Source: Candidatus Saccharimonadota bacterium (GTDB lineage Bacteria; Patescibacteriota; Saccharimonadia; Saccharimonadales; Saccharimonadaceae). Taken from it: 64,000 nucleotides of DNA. The translations under genes and the position numbers were made by a program. Under the pieces are notes generated by a model. That model worked only from the letters and a program-made list of their open reading frames with translations. It was not told where the DNA came from and did no database searches. Location: contig JAFZBS010000007.1 of the NCBI GenBank assembly GCA_017561575.1, forward strand, positions 15,857 through 79,856, given 5' to 3'. Shown in pieces: positions 38,373 through 48,436 of this stretch (its first letter is position 1; the number at the start of each line of letters is the position of its first letter).

Positions 38373-38701
38373 TGAATAAGCAAATGAGAGCAAATCGTAC
38401 TCGTGCAAAGATTCATGGTACGAGTGACAGGCCAAGGCTTTCGGTTCATTTTTCGAACCTACACATCACCGCACAAATAATTGACGATGATAAGAAAGCT
38501 ACGTTAGTATACGCAACTACGGTTGGCAACAAAGTAGCTGGTTCCAAGACCGAGAAGGCTACTAAAATTGGTGAGGAAATTGCCAAAAAAGCAAAGACCG
38601 CAAAGATTAACAAGGTGGTATTTGATCGTGGTTCTAAATTATATGCTGGTCGCATGAAGGCACTTGCTGATGCGGCTCGCAAGGAAGGACTGGAGTTTTA
38701 A
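38372..38701 (+). CDS. rplR: 50S ribosomal protein L18
   Basis: RPRLSV, AQIIDD, VVFDRG and AR..GLEF. Confidence 0.97.
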   Translation: MNKQMRANRTRAKIHGTSDRPRLSVHFSNLHITAQIIDDDKKATLVYATTVGNKVAGSKTEKATKIGEEIAKKAKTAKINKVVFDRGSKLYAGRMKALADAARKEGLEF

Positions 38702-38703
38702 TT

Positions 38704-39516
38704 ATGCCAGAAACAGAGAAAAAAGCTCCGAGGGTAATTAATAAATCTGGTACCCTCAAAATGGAGGACAATGTTGCCGAGACTAAGCAAGTTCGCGATA
38801 TTGCTGGTCGCAAGATGGACCGCAGAAATCGTCGTGATCGCGTGAAGGCAGATGTGGCACCAAAGGAATTTGACGATATCACTATTGCTGTCGATCGCGT
38901 GTCGAGGACGGTGGCTGGTGGTCGTAGAATGCGTTTTAAAGCATTAGTTGCAGTCGGTAACCATAAAAACAAAGTTGGTATTGGTGTAGCTAAGGGTAAT
39001 GATGTGACTACCGCAGTCGCAAAGGCTACCCGTAAGGCAAAGAAGGCCATGGTTACATTTAATATGGATGGTGAAACGATTTGCCATGAAGCACGTACCA
39101 AGGTTACGGGTGCAGATGTGTTGATAAAGCCAGCAGCGCCTGGTACTGGTATTATTGCCGGTGGTACAGTGCGCTCTATTATGGGTCTTACTGGTGTAAA
39201 GAATTTGATTTCAAAGTCACTTGGTAGTACTAATAAAGTCAACATTGCTTATGCAGTAATTGAAGGCCTTAGGGCACAAGTACCAAGAGCTGAATGGACT
39301 GGTAATGAGGGTAAAAAACCAGCCAAAAAGGCTGAAGTAAAGGAAGCTCCGGTTGAGAAAAAGGCTCCTGAGACAAAGAAAGGAGCTGTTAAACCAGCAG
39401 TAAAGAAGGAAGCCGCTAAACCAGCAGCAAAGAAAGAAGCTATCAAAAAGCCAGCAACGAAAGTTGCAAAGAAATCGGTTGCCAAAAAGTCCACGGCTAA
39501 GAAGGAGGACAAGTAA
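38704..39516 (+). CDS. rpsE: 30S ribosomal protein S5 with a Lys/Ala/Pro-rich tail
   Basis: RVSRTVAGGRR.RF and PAAPGTGIIAGG. Confidence 0.97.
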   Translation: MPETEKKAPRVINKSGTLKMEDNVAETKQVRDIAGRKMDRRNRRDRVKADVAPKEFDDITIAVDRVSRTVAGGRRMRFKALVAVGNHKNKVGIGVAKGNDVTTAVAKATRKAKKAMVTFNMDGETICHEARTKVTGADVLIKPAAPGTGIIAGGTVRSIMGLTGVKNLISKSLGSTNKVNIAYAVIEGLRAQVPRAEWTGNEGKKPAKKAEVKEAPVEKKAPETKKGAVKPAVKKEAAKPAAKKEAIKKPATKVAKKSVAKKSTAKKEDK

Positions 39517-39980
39517 TGAAATACAATGATTTGGTGGTAAACAAGAATACTCGCCCATCTAGAAAAGGTCGCGGTATTGCGGCTGGTCAGGGTAAAACTG
39601 CAGGTCGTGGTACTAAAGGCCAAAAGGCGAGAACTGGTCATTCAAAGATGCCAACAGGCTTCATGGGTGGTCAGCGTGCAATTATGCAAGCAGTACCAAA
39701 GCTAAAAGGCTTTAAGTCTTTCCATGCTAAGGCAGAAGTAGTTTATACTGATAGATTAAATGATCTTAGTGGCAAAGTGGATAATTTGACTCTCGCTGAG
39801 AATGGTTTGATTACAAATCCATACGTGAAAGTTAAGGTAATTACCAGAGGAGAACTTAAGGCTAAGATTGAGCTTGAGACGCAGTTTGCGTCAAAGACGG
39901 CAATCGAGGCAATTAAGAAAGCTGGTGGTTCATTTAAGAAAGTTGCAATCTTAAAGAAAGCTAAGAAAACCGAAGAATAA
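39516..39980 (+). CDS. rplO: 50S ribosomal protein L15
   Basis: GRGIAAGQGKTAGRGTKGQKAR and PKLKGF. Confidence 0.97.
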   Translation: MKYNDLVVNKNTRPSRKGRGIAAGQGKTAGRGTKGQKARTGHSKMPTGFMGGQRAIMQAVPKLKGFKSFHAKAEVVYTDRLNDLSGKVDNLTLAENGLITNPYVKVKVITRGELKAKIELETQFASKTAIEAIKKAGGSFKKVAILKKAKKTEE

Positions 39981-40040
39981 TCAAAAAAATAACTCTTCTT
40001 ACACCGAAGAGTTATTTTTTTGTGGTATAATGAGGTTATT

Positions 40041-40766
40041 ATGGAAGAGAAAGAGTTAAAAACGAGTGTGGGACAGAGGGTGGTAATAATAGCAATTGCA
40101 GTAATAATGCTTGGTTCAATTATTGCAAGTTACGCTGCAATTGTAGCTAATGGCGGAAAGAGCTCCACGGATGCGGGAGAGCAGACTTCACTGAGTGATG
40201 AAAAAATCGCAGAATATCAAAAGGCTTACAATGAAAAACTAGCTGATTTTCAGAAAGCTACAAAGAATGATTATGATAAGTTTATTCAATATCGCTCAGA
40301 AGTGAAGGCTTATAATGAGACCACGGCAAATTCGGATGGTCTAAAATATAGAGATTTGAAGGTCGGTAATGGACGGGAATTAAAAGAGGGCGACACAGAC
40401 TATTTGTCATATTATATCGGTTGGTGTGCTGATGAAAAAATCTTTGATTCATCGCTTGATGATGTAGAGAATCCAACTGGTTTTTCTAAAGCACTCAATG
40501 CCTCGCTTGGCATGATTGAGGGATGGAATCAGGGCGTAATTGGTATGAGGTTGGGCGGAGTGCGCAAGATTACAATTCCTGGTGAGCTAGCTTACAAGGA
40601 TCAAATGGAGATTTGCGGTGGCTATAACAAGCCTCTGAAATTTATTGTGATGGCTGTGGCGAATGAGGGTGACCTTGCAAAAACAGCAGAGGCGCTCGAC
40701 ACTGCGTTTATGAAGCTCCAATATGCAAATTATGGTATCGATTATGATGCTATGATGAATCAATAG
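40041..40766 (+). CDS. Membrane-anchored FKBP-type peptidyl-prolyl isomerase
   Basis: DLKVG.G, Y.G...FDSS and I.GW.QGV.GM..GG.RKITIP.ELAY. Confidence 0.9.
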   Translation: MEEKELKTSVGQRVVIIAIAVIMLGSIIASYAAIVANGGKSSTDAGEQTSLSDEKIAEYQKAYNEKLADFQKATKNDYDKFIQYRSEVKAYNETTANSDGLKYRDLKVGNGRELKEGDTDYLSYYIGWCADEKIFDSSLDDVENPTGFSKALNASLGMIEGWNQGVIGMRLGGVRKITIPGELAYKDQMEICGGYNKPLKFIVMAVANEGDLAKTAEALDTAFMKLQYANYGIDYDAMMNQ

Positions 40767-40824
40767 TAATTTGATTATTGTAGTGAAACTATTGTAGCAG
40801 TATTGTTATGGTATAATTGGGGGT

Positions 40825-42153
40825 ATGAATAAAACGTTTTTCTTTTACGATCTTGAAACGAGTGGGCTTTTTCCTAGAGAAGACAGAATAATGCAATTCG
40901 CTGGACAGCGTGCCACGATGGACCTTACGCCGATTGGTGAGCCGGTGAATATTTTGGTGAAGATGAGTGATGATGCTTTGCCGAGCCCAGGCGCGATAAT
41001 GGTGACGAAGATTACACCGCAAATGACTTTGATGGATGGAATTAGCGAAGTGGATTTTTGTCGTTTTGTAAGCGAGGAAATATTCACTCCTGGTACGATA
41101 GCAGTTGGGTATAATACGGTGAGATTTGACGATGAGTTTATGAGGGCGATTTTTTGGCGTAATTTTTATGATCCGTATGAGTGGGAATGGAAGGACGAGC
41201 GTAGCCGTTGGGATATGCTTGATGTCGTAAGGCTCGTGAGGGCGCTTAGACCTGAGGGTATAGAATGGCCGTTTACAAGTGATGGAAAACCAACCAACAG
41301 GCTTGAGCTTTTGACTAAGTTGAATGGGCTAGAACATGCTCACGCACATGATGCTTTGTCTGATGTTTATGCAACGATTGCGGTAGCCAAGATGATTAAA
41401 GAAAAACAACCTAAGATGTTTGATTTTTTGTTTAAAATGCGTGATAAAAAGGCGGTAAAAAAACTAGTAAATCTGGAAGACAAAAAACCATTTGTTTATG
41501 CGAGTGGCCGTTATACATCTCAATTTGAAAAAACTACAGTCGCTTTTCCTTTAACATCGGGGCGAAATGGAAACGTATTGGTTTTTGATTTGAGATATGA
41601 TGTTGAATCATTACCGGAGAGTGTTTTCCTAGTTGTAAAGGAGCTTTGCTATAATAAGTGTCCGGCAGTGGCGCCACTTAGTACTTTAAGAAGCGAAGAC
41701 TGGACAAGAATTGGGCTCACGGCAGAATTGGTTGAGCAAAACTTGGCAAAGCTTCTAGCGCATCCGGAGTTTGCGGAGCAAATGCGAACTCAGTATGAGA
41801 ATCGCCCAGAATTTCCTGAGGCAATAGAGCCAGAAGCAGCACTATACGATGGATTCTTGAATGATGTGGACCGGGTGAAGATATCAGCAGTAAGAAATGC
41901 TGACGCTCGAGGTCTTGCGGATTTTCATCCTGATTTTCATGATCCGAGATTGTCTGAGTTACTGTTGCATTATAAAGGACGAAATTTTCCAGAATCATTG
42001 TCGGAACATGAAATGGAAAAGTGGGAAGAATATCGCCAAAAACGTCTTGGAAGATTAGCCCCGAGATTTATGAAAGAACTGGAAAGCGTTTATAAAAAAG
42101 ATGATTTTATTGCGGAAGAATTGAAATTGTATTTTGAATCGCTTATGGTATAA
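40825..42153 (+). CDS. sbcB: Exodeoxyribonuclease I
   Basis: FYDLETSG, GYN..RFDDE and AHDALSDV. Confidence 0.93.
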   Translation: MNKTFFFYDLETSGLFPREDRIMQFAGQRATMDLTPIGEPVNILVKMSDDALPSPGAIMVTKITPQMTLMDGISEVDFCRFVSEEIFTPGTIAVGYNTVRFDDEFMRAIFWRNFYDPYEWEWKDERSRWDMLDVVRLVRALRPEGIEWPFTSDGKPTNRLELLTKLNGLEHAHAHDALSDVYATIAVAKMIKEKQPKMFDFLFKMRDKKAVKKLVNLEDKKPFVYASGRYTSQFEKTTVAFPLTSGRNGNVLVFDLRYDVESLPESVFLVVKELCYNKCPAVAPLSTLRSEDWTRIGLTAELVEQNLAKLLAHPEFAEQMRTQYENRPEFPEAIEPEAALYDGFLNDVDRVKISAVRNADARGLADFHPDFHDPRLSELLLHYKGRNFPESLSEHEMEKWEEYRQKRLGRLAPRFMKELESVYKKDDFIAEELKLYFESLMV

Positions 42154-42160
42154 TTGAATC

Positions 42161-43075
42161 ATGGATAATAATAAAATCATGATAGTGGGGACCGGCAATG
42201 TGGGGGCGTCGATTGCATTCGCGATTTTGGAGCAGAGGACGGCGGTCAATGAAATTATATTAACTGATATTATTGCCAAAGACGCTGAGGGCGAGGCAAT
42301 GGATCTTGTCGATGCACTTGCTGTTGCACCTAGCTATGTCAAAATCAAAAGTGGTACTTACAAGGATGCTAAAGATTGTGATGTTGTAGTGATTACAGCG
42401 GGAGCTCCTCAAAAACCAGGTGAAACCAGATTGCAGCTTTTAAAAAAGAATGTCAATATTCTGAAGGGTATGGTTGAGCAGATTATGGATTCTGGTTTTG
42501 ATGGTATTTTCCTTGTCGTGACGAACCCAATGGACGTTTTGACGTATTTTACTTTGAAATTTTCTGGTCTTCCTACAGAAAGAGTGATTGGTTCTGGTAC
42601 GGTACTTGATTCGGCGAGACTTCGTCAGAGAACTGCATCGTATTTGAAAGTTAATCCAAAATCTGTGCATGCTTATCAGGTCGGGGAACATGGCGATTCG
42701 GAGGTTACGCTGTGGTCGCTTGCAGATGTAGGTGGGCAAAAAATTGAAGAACTGCTCGGACCAGATGTTAGGGATGGTATTTCGGATTTTGTGAGAAATG
42801 AAGCGTATGAAATAATCAATCGTAAAGGCGCAACTTATTATGGTATTGCGACTTGTGTGGTGCAGATTTTAAATTCAATTTTGAATGATGAAATGCGTGT
42901 GCTTTCGGTTTCATCGTATGATGGTTTTTCTGGTACTTGCTTTGGATGGCCAAGCGTAGTTGGTCGGGAGGGTGTGCTCCGCCGATTAGATCTTAAGATT
43001 TCTGAACAAGAAGGTATAAAGTTACAAAAATCAATTAACGTATTAAAAAATGCACAAAATAAAATTAAGTTTTAA
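42161..43075 (+). CDS. ldh: L-lactate dehydrogenase
   Basis: GTGNVG, AGAPQKPGETRL, GTVLDSAR, GEHGDS and KGATYYG. Confidence 0.93.
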   Translation: MDNNKIMIVGTGNVGASIAFAILEQRTAVNEIILTDIIAKDAEGEAMDLVDALAVAPSYVKIKSGTYKDAKDCDVVVITAGAPQKPGETRLQLLKKNVNILKGMVEQIMDSGFDGIFLVVTNPMDVLTYFTLKFSGLPTERVIGSGTVLDSARLRQRTASYLKVNPKSVHAYQVGEHGDSEVTLWSLADVGGQKIEELLGPDVRDGISDFVRNEAYEIINRKGATYYGIATCVVQILNSILNDEMRVLSVSSYDGFSGTCFGWPSVVGREGVLRRLDLKISEQEGIKLQKSINVLKNAQNKIKF

Positions 43076-44954
43076 AAAAATACTATTTATCTTTTTGATA
43101 GTTTTTGGTTTGTTTTTGTCGTTAAGGCCATTGCCAAGTTTTGCAGTGGATACAGAAAATTTTTATTTTGATGATTTTGAGGCGGATTATTATTTGAGTA
43201 AGGATGCAGAGGGTGGGTCTCACCTTAAAGTTGTTGAGACTTTTACGGCGGTTTTTCCAAGCTTTAACCAAAATAAAGGTTTTTGTCGCTATATTCCTTA
43301 TACGAACCAAAAAGGTAAAAATGTTACTTTACCAAAGCTCACCAAAGAAGATATTGTTTTGACTCGAAATGGTAAGCCGGAGCCAATCTATAGTATTGGA
43401 AGAGAGGCGGGAATTAAAAGTTACGAAGTTTGTACTGGCGATGATTCGTACGTGACTGGAAGACAAGTTTATACTTTTACTTATAATTTTGAAAAGGTGA
43501 TAACTGATTTTTCTGAGTACCAGGAACTATATTGGGACACCAACGGAAATGGTTGGTTCCAGAAGTTTAATGCTGTAACAGCTAGAGTGCATTTTGCAGA
43601 TGATTCAGTTAAAAAAGCATATTCAGGCGAGAGCTGGTGTTATGTTGGCGAATATGGAAATAGTGGCAAAGAGCGTTGCACTATATCCGAAATAGAAGAC
43701 GGAGTAAAGTTTACAGCTAAAAATCTTTCTCGTTATGAAAATTTAACTTTCGATATACAATTTAAGCCAAATAGTTTTTTGGTATTGCCGCTGGAAAAGA
43801 ATTATACGTTAGTATATATTATGGTTGGATTTGCGGCTGTTTGTTTATTGCTACTAATAATACCTTTTCGAAAATATTTAAAGACAAGAGAAAAAGCGCG
43901 GTTTTATAAGGCCATTTTTGTGAGGCCTGAATACCAGCCGAATAAGGATTATGATGTGGCGGAGATGGCAGAAATATTTATCGGTGAGAAAAAGGATGCA
44001 AAAGTGGCCATTCTTTTAGATATGATAGTAAAAGGAAATATTTCATTAATAAAAAAAGATGAAGGAAAAATTAAGAAGGATAAGTGGTCAATTAAAGTTG
44101 TAAAAGCAGATGGAATAAGTAAAAAAGGGGAAATACTTCTCAAAATACTAAATGGTGGCACGGATTATAAAGAAGGCGACGTTATCGATATTAAAGCCCG
44201 CACGGCAAACAGCACATTAGTTTCGCTTGGAAGACAATATGATAAAGAAGTTATTAATAATCTTAAAACGGCGGGTTTGGTTGAGGGCGATTATAAAAAA
44301 GGATTTGGCTCTGGAGCTATTTCAAATATCACAATGATTATCCTCATTGTTTTTATTTTTGGCCCGATTGCTAGTGGAATAATGGATGATTTGGTGGATG
44401 AACGCGGGGAGTTCATGCTAGAAGGCGATGTTGTGGGCGAGGCTTGGTTTTTGCCAGTAATCGGTGTGACATTTATAATCGCTATAATTATTTATAGTTG
44501 TCTTAAAAACCAGACGGATAAGTTTTTGTATCGGACCAAGAAAGGGCTTGAGGCTTCGCGTTATATGGATGGATTAGAACTTTATATTAAGATGGCAGAA
44601 AAAGATCGATTGGCGTTTTTGCAAAGCGTGGAGGGTGCTGATACTTCGCCAGAGGGCGTAGTACATTTGTATGAAAAACTATTGCCTTATGCTGCAGTGC
44701 TCGGTATTGAAAAAACGTGGATGAAGGAACTAGAAAAATACTATAAGTTGGAGGAAGTAGAAACGCCGAGTTGGTATTATCATAATCTTAGTACGTACAG
44801 CATGCTCTCGGCAGTTAATACGGCGGCAAATACTGTGCGAAGTTCAACAACTTATGCCTCGAGCGGTGGTGGCTCTTCATCTGGGTTTTCCGGAGGAGGG
44901 GGCGGTGGATTCTCCGGAGGGGGAGGTGGTGGCGGCGGCGGCCATGGTAGATAA
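43050..44954 (+). CDS. DUF2207 family membrane protein
   Basis: ELYW, EKLLPYA..LG...W and a Gly/Ser-rich GGFSGGGGGGGG tail. Confidence 0.9.
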   Translation: MHKIKLSFKKILFIFLIVFGLFLSLRPLPSFAVDTENFYFDDFEADYYLSKDAEGGSHLKVVETFTAVFPSFNQNKGFCRYIPYTNQKGKNVTLPKLTKEDIVLTRNGKPEPIYSIGREAGIKSYEVCTGDDSYVTGRQVYTFTYNFEKVITDFSEYQELYWDTNGNGWFQKFNAVTARVHFADDSVKKAYSGESWCYVGEYGNSGKERCTISEIEDGVKFTAKNLSRYENLTFDIQFKPNSFLVLPLEKNYTLVYIMVGFAAVCLLLLIIPFRKYLKTREKARFYKAIFVRPEYQPNKDYDVAEMAEIFIGEKKDAKVAILLDMIVKGNISLIKKDEGKIKKDKWSIKVVKADGISKKGEILLKILNGGTDYKEGDVIDIKARTANSTLVSLGRQYDKEVINNLKTAGLVEGDYKKGFGSGAISNITMIILIVFIFGPIASGIMDDLVDERGEFMLEGDVVGEAWFLPVIGVTFIIAIIIYSCLKNQTDKFLYRTKKGLEASRYMDGLELYIKMAEKDRLAFLQSVEGADTSPEGVVHLYEKLLPYAAVLGIEKTWMKELEKYYKLEEVETPSWYYHNLSTYSMLSAVNTAANTVRSSTTYASSGGGSSSGFSGGGGGGFSGGGGGGGGGHGR

Positions 44955-45008
44955 GCTTTTAATAATTTAAAAACATGATATAATAAAACTTAAGTAAAGG
45001 ATAAAACA

Positions 45009-45731
45009 ATGGACCCGACAAATATAAATCCAAATGAAAATCAAACAGCAGCGATGCCGGAAATGCCAACTCCGGTTAATCCTGTGATTAATCCAGGAGA
45101 AAGTGCTGCTTCCCCAACGTCACCAGTGGCGCCAGAGTTCGCAGCAACTCCAGCTCCAGCGGAGGCTCCAGCTATGCCTGAGATGCCAACTTTTTCTACT
45201 ATCCCAGAAACATCAGTTGCTGCTCCAGTTGCACCGGCTGATGCATCTACTCCAGCTGCTCCAGTCACTCCAGCGGCTCCTCTTACGCCAGAAGCCGTAG
45301 CGGCCCCAGTGATGCCCGATATTCCTGAGCCAGTTAATCCTGTTTATACTCCTGGCGATAATGTGATGGTTGGTGAAACGGATCCAATTACTGTGCCAAA
45401 TCCACCAAAAGCTCCAGATCCAATTGAAGAAGAATTAAAGGCTCCTATGCAAGCTGCAGCACCGGTACCGGGGTCAATTGGTAGTGCAATTTCTATGCCG
45501 GCAGCTGACGGTACTTCACCAGTTAGCGCTGCAATTAAACCAATGTCTGAGCAACAAACTCCGAACGTAGCTTTTAATGACCCGGCAAGCGCTCAGGGTC
45601 AGCCTGCTGCGCCGGCCGCTCCTGCTGCAGAAAAAAAGAAACTTGATAAAAAGTCTCTAATCATGCTTGGTGCTATTGGCGGAATTGTGGTGATTGCACT
45701 AATTGTGGTTTTAATATCACAACTCGGATAA
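45009..45731 (+). CDS. Pro/Ala-rich disordered protein with a C-terminal TM anchor
   Basis: Composition, plus a basic stretch followed by a terminal hydrophobic helix. Confidence 0.75.
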   Translation: MDPTNINPNENQTAAMPEMPTPVNPVINPGESAASPTSPVAPEFAATPAPAEAPAMPEMPTFSTIPETSVAAPVAPADASTPAAPVTPAAPLTPEAVAAPVMPDIPEPVNPVYTPGDNVMVGETDPITVPNPPKAPDPIEEELKAPMQAAAPVPGSIGSAISMPAADGTSPVSAAIKPMSEQQTPNVAFNDPASAQGQPAAPAAPAAEKKKLDKKSLIMLGAIGGIVVIALIVVLISQLG

Positions 45732-45767
45732 TTTGATTATTTTTGCAAAGTATTATAAAATATATTT

Positions 45768-47186
45768 ATGAAGAATATTTATATTACTACTGCGATACCT
45801 TATGTCAATGGCGTGCCACACATTGGCCACGCGATGGATTATTGTCTTGCTGATACTTTCGCGCGTTATAATAAAATGGTTGGTAATGCTGTGAGGTTTC
45901 AGGCTGGTACTGATGAGCATGGAAACAAAATTTTTTTGAAAGCGCGCGAGTCTGGAAAAACAACTCAGGAATATGTAGATGAAAATTCGGCAAAATTTCA
46001 GGAGTTCATTCATAAACTTGGCGTAGAATATACGGATTATGTTAGAACGACGGACCCTAAACATCAGGATAGGTGCCAAGAAATCTGGAGGAAACTAGAA
46101 AGTCATATTTACAAAGCTAAATATGATGGTTGGTATTGCACTGGATGCGAAAGATTTGTTACGGAAAAAGAGTGCGAAGAAAACCATGGTGTTTGCCCGG
46201 ATCACCAAAAACCATACGAACAGTTATCGGAAGAGAATTATTATTTTAGAATATCGGATTTTAAAGAGGACATTAAAAAGGCGATCGAATCGGGCGAGAT
46301 GCTGATTTTGCCAGATTTTCGTAAAAAAGAGATGCTTAGGCTTCTCGAGGAGTCACCCGATGTGTCGGTATCAAGACCGGTATCACAGTTGACTTGGGGT
46401 GTTCCAGTGCCAGGGGATGATTCCCAGGTGATGTATGTTTGGATTGATGCTTTATCAAATTATATTACCGTACTTGGATATCCAGACGTGGATATTAGTG
46501 AATGGTGGCCTGCAGCTGCGCAATTTGTCGGTAAAGATATTTTGAGATTTCATGCCATAATTTGGCCGGCGATGCTGATGGGGCTTGGTCTTCCATTACC
46601 AAAAACTATTGTTTCGCACGGCATGGTGCTTGCGGATGGACAAAAAATGAGCAAGTCGATTGGAAACGTAATTGATCCGATGGATGTATTAGAACGACAT
46701 GGTATTGACGCTTTTCGTTATTATTTTCTTCGTCATATAGATACGTTTGCCGATTCGGACTTTACTTGGGAGAAATACGAAAACGCATATAATAATGAGC
46801 TTGCTAATGATTATGGGAATTTGGTACAGAGGCTTGCAACGCTTGCGATGAAGAATAATATCACGTTTAACAAGGAGTTAGATGCTGTTTTGCCAGATGA
46901 ATATTGCAAATTAATGGATAATTATGAGTTTTCAAAAGCTTTCGATTATGTTTGGGAGAAAATTCAGCAGCTTAATCAACGCATTGATGAAGAAAAGCCG
47001 TGGAGCTTAGCAAAAAATGGTGAAGTTGATAAATTAGATGAATGCATGCAAAACTTGATATCTGGTTTGCTTTCTACAAATATGATGCTTTCGCCTTTTT
47101 TGCCGAATGCTTCAGAGAAAGTTTGTGCAATTTTTGCTAATCCAATTACACCGCCAGAAGAACCATTATTTGTAAAAACAAAATAA
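45768..47186 (+). CDS. metG: Methionyl-tRNA synthetase
   Basis: PYVNG.PHIGH, YVWIDAL and KMSKS. Confidence 0.97.
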   Translation: MKNIYITTAIPYVNGVPHIGHAMDYCLADTFARYNKMVGNAVRFQAGTDEHGNKIFLKARESGKTTQEYVDENSAKFQEFIHKLGVEYTDYVRTTDPKHQDRCQEIWRKLESHIYKAKYDGWYCTGCERFVTEKECEENHGVCPDHQKPYEQLSEENYYFRISDFKEDIKKAIESGEMLILPDFRKKEMLRLLEESPDVSVSRPVSQLTWGVPVPGDDSQVMYVWIDALSNYITVLGYPDVDISEWWPAAAQFVGKDILRFHAIIWPAMLMGLGLPLPKTIVSHGMVLADGQKMSKSIGNVIDPMDVLERHGIDAFRYYFLRHIDTFADSDFTWEKYENAYNNELANDYGNLVQRLATLAMKNNITFNKELDAVLPDEYCKLMDNYEFSKAFDYVWEKIQQLNQRIDEEKPWSLAKNGEVDKLDECMQNLISGLLSTNMMLSPFLPNASEKVCAIFANPITPPEEPLFVKTK

Positions 47187-47224
47187 TGCCTCAAACGAGG
47201 CATTATTTTTTTGGCTCTACTATT

Positions 47225-48154
47225 TTATTCTTCGGCAGAAAGCTTGCTCATGAAATCTGATAGATAGAATCCGCAGACGCCGCCAATCATTGGGAACAAT
47301 GCATAGACGGAGAGTGCTTGGCAAACGCCACCTATGATTTCACCAAAGTTTTCACCAGCCGTTGGGAAGATTTGATACATCAAAGCTGCAGCTGGGTTGA
47401 AGAGGAAGTTGCCACTTTGTATGCCAAAGAAAGCATATGATATGATGTAGGCAACTACGGTTGCGAGCGCGAGACCGCCAACGACGGTTGTACCAAATGT
47501 GAATACGCTGCGCTTGTATTTGAGAGCACGTGCGAAGAAGAATGCTAAGATGATACCGCCAAATAATTCAAGCATAGCGGTCACCCAGAACATATTTTCG
47601 CCGATTTCAACCATTCCCGGAATATCTGCTGCGGTTTCGCCGCCGGCCATGTGGAATGAATTAAATATTAACCAACCAAGCCATGCGCCAACGATTTCGG
47701 CGACAATATACATGACGCCACGGATTACCGACATACGGCGTGATGCCATCATGCCGACGGTTACGATTGGATTAAGACATGCGCCTGAAAATGCGTAGAC
47801 TGCAATTAAAATAGCAATCATAGCCCAACCGAAGGTTGCTAGGTTTGCGATACCAATAAATGACAATGCGAATAGAAGCAAAGTCACTAAACCGGTCCCG
47901 ATTACTTCGCCAAGTAATGCGCCGTAGAATTTGTGGCTCTTAAAAATTGTTAGGATACTTTCTTTTCCTTCGTATTTTTTTGCGAAGAAACCACTGAGGC
48001 AGGATTTGCCTTGCGGAGTGGTAATAACTTCTTCCACCTTTTTGGTTTTGGGCGCCTCGGACACTGGTTTTTCGACAGTCTTCGCGGCAGTAGTTTTCGG
48101 TTTCGTCGTCTTGGTCTTTGACTTTGTGGACGACTTTGGCTTCTTTGTTGCCAT
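47225..48154 (-). CDS. Aquaporin/MIP family channel
   Basis: SGACLNPIVT and FNPA motifs, six TM segments and a basic N-terminal tail. Confidence 0.88.
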   Translation of the reverse strand: MATKKPKSSTKSKTKTTKPKTTAAKTVEKPVSEAPKTKKVEEVITTPQGKSCLSGFFAKKYEGKESILTIFKSHKFYGALLGEVIGTGLVTLLLFALSFIGIANLATFGWAMIAILIAVYAFSGACLNPIVTVGMMASRRMSVIRGVMYIVAEIVGAWLGWLIFNSFHMAGGETAADIPGMVEIGENMFWVTAMLELFGGIILAFFFARALKYKRSVFTFGTTVVGGLALATVVAYIISYAFFGIQSGNFLFNPAAALMYQIFPTAGENFGEIIGGVCQALSVYALFPMIGGVCGFYLSDFMSKLSAEE

Positions 48155-48262
48155 TATTCCTCCTTTAATTGATATTGACCTTATTATATCATAGTTTTTA
48201 GTTTTTAATTATTTTTTTTCGGTGAATTGTCTGTTCGTGAGATTGTATGCTATAATAAAAAA

Positions 48263-48418
48263 ATGGCAATAATGATGAATAGAGAAGACGATCGCAATGA
48301 AGAACTAACTCGGCGCATTTCTGCTGATCTTCGAGCTAAAATTGCTCAAACGAAAGATGTCAAAAAGAAGAAAAATGACGACGACGATTCGGATTTTGTG
48401 GTTTATGAATTTAATTAA
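48263..48418 (+). CDS. Small charged hypothetical protein, possibly truncated
   Basis: TGCTATAAT 6 nt before the ATG; 51 aa. Confidence 0.45.
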   Translation: MAIMMNREDDRNEELTRRISADLRAKIAQTKDVKKKKNDDDDSDFVVYEFN

Positions 48419-48436
48419 TGATGTTATAATGAAAGT

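Noticed and set aside
39484-39560. Absence of rpmD (L30) as a novelty
   Set aside because: An established general feature of CPR genomes.
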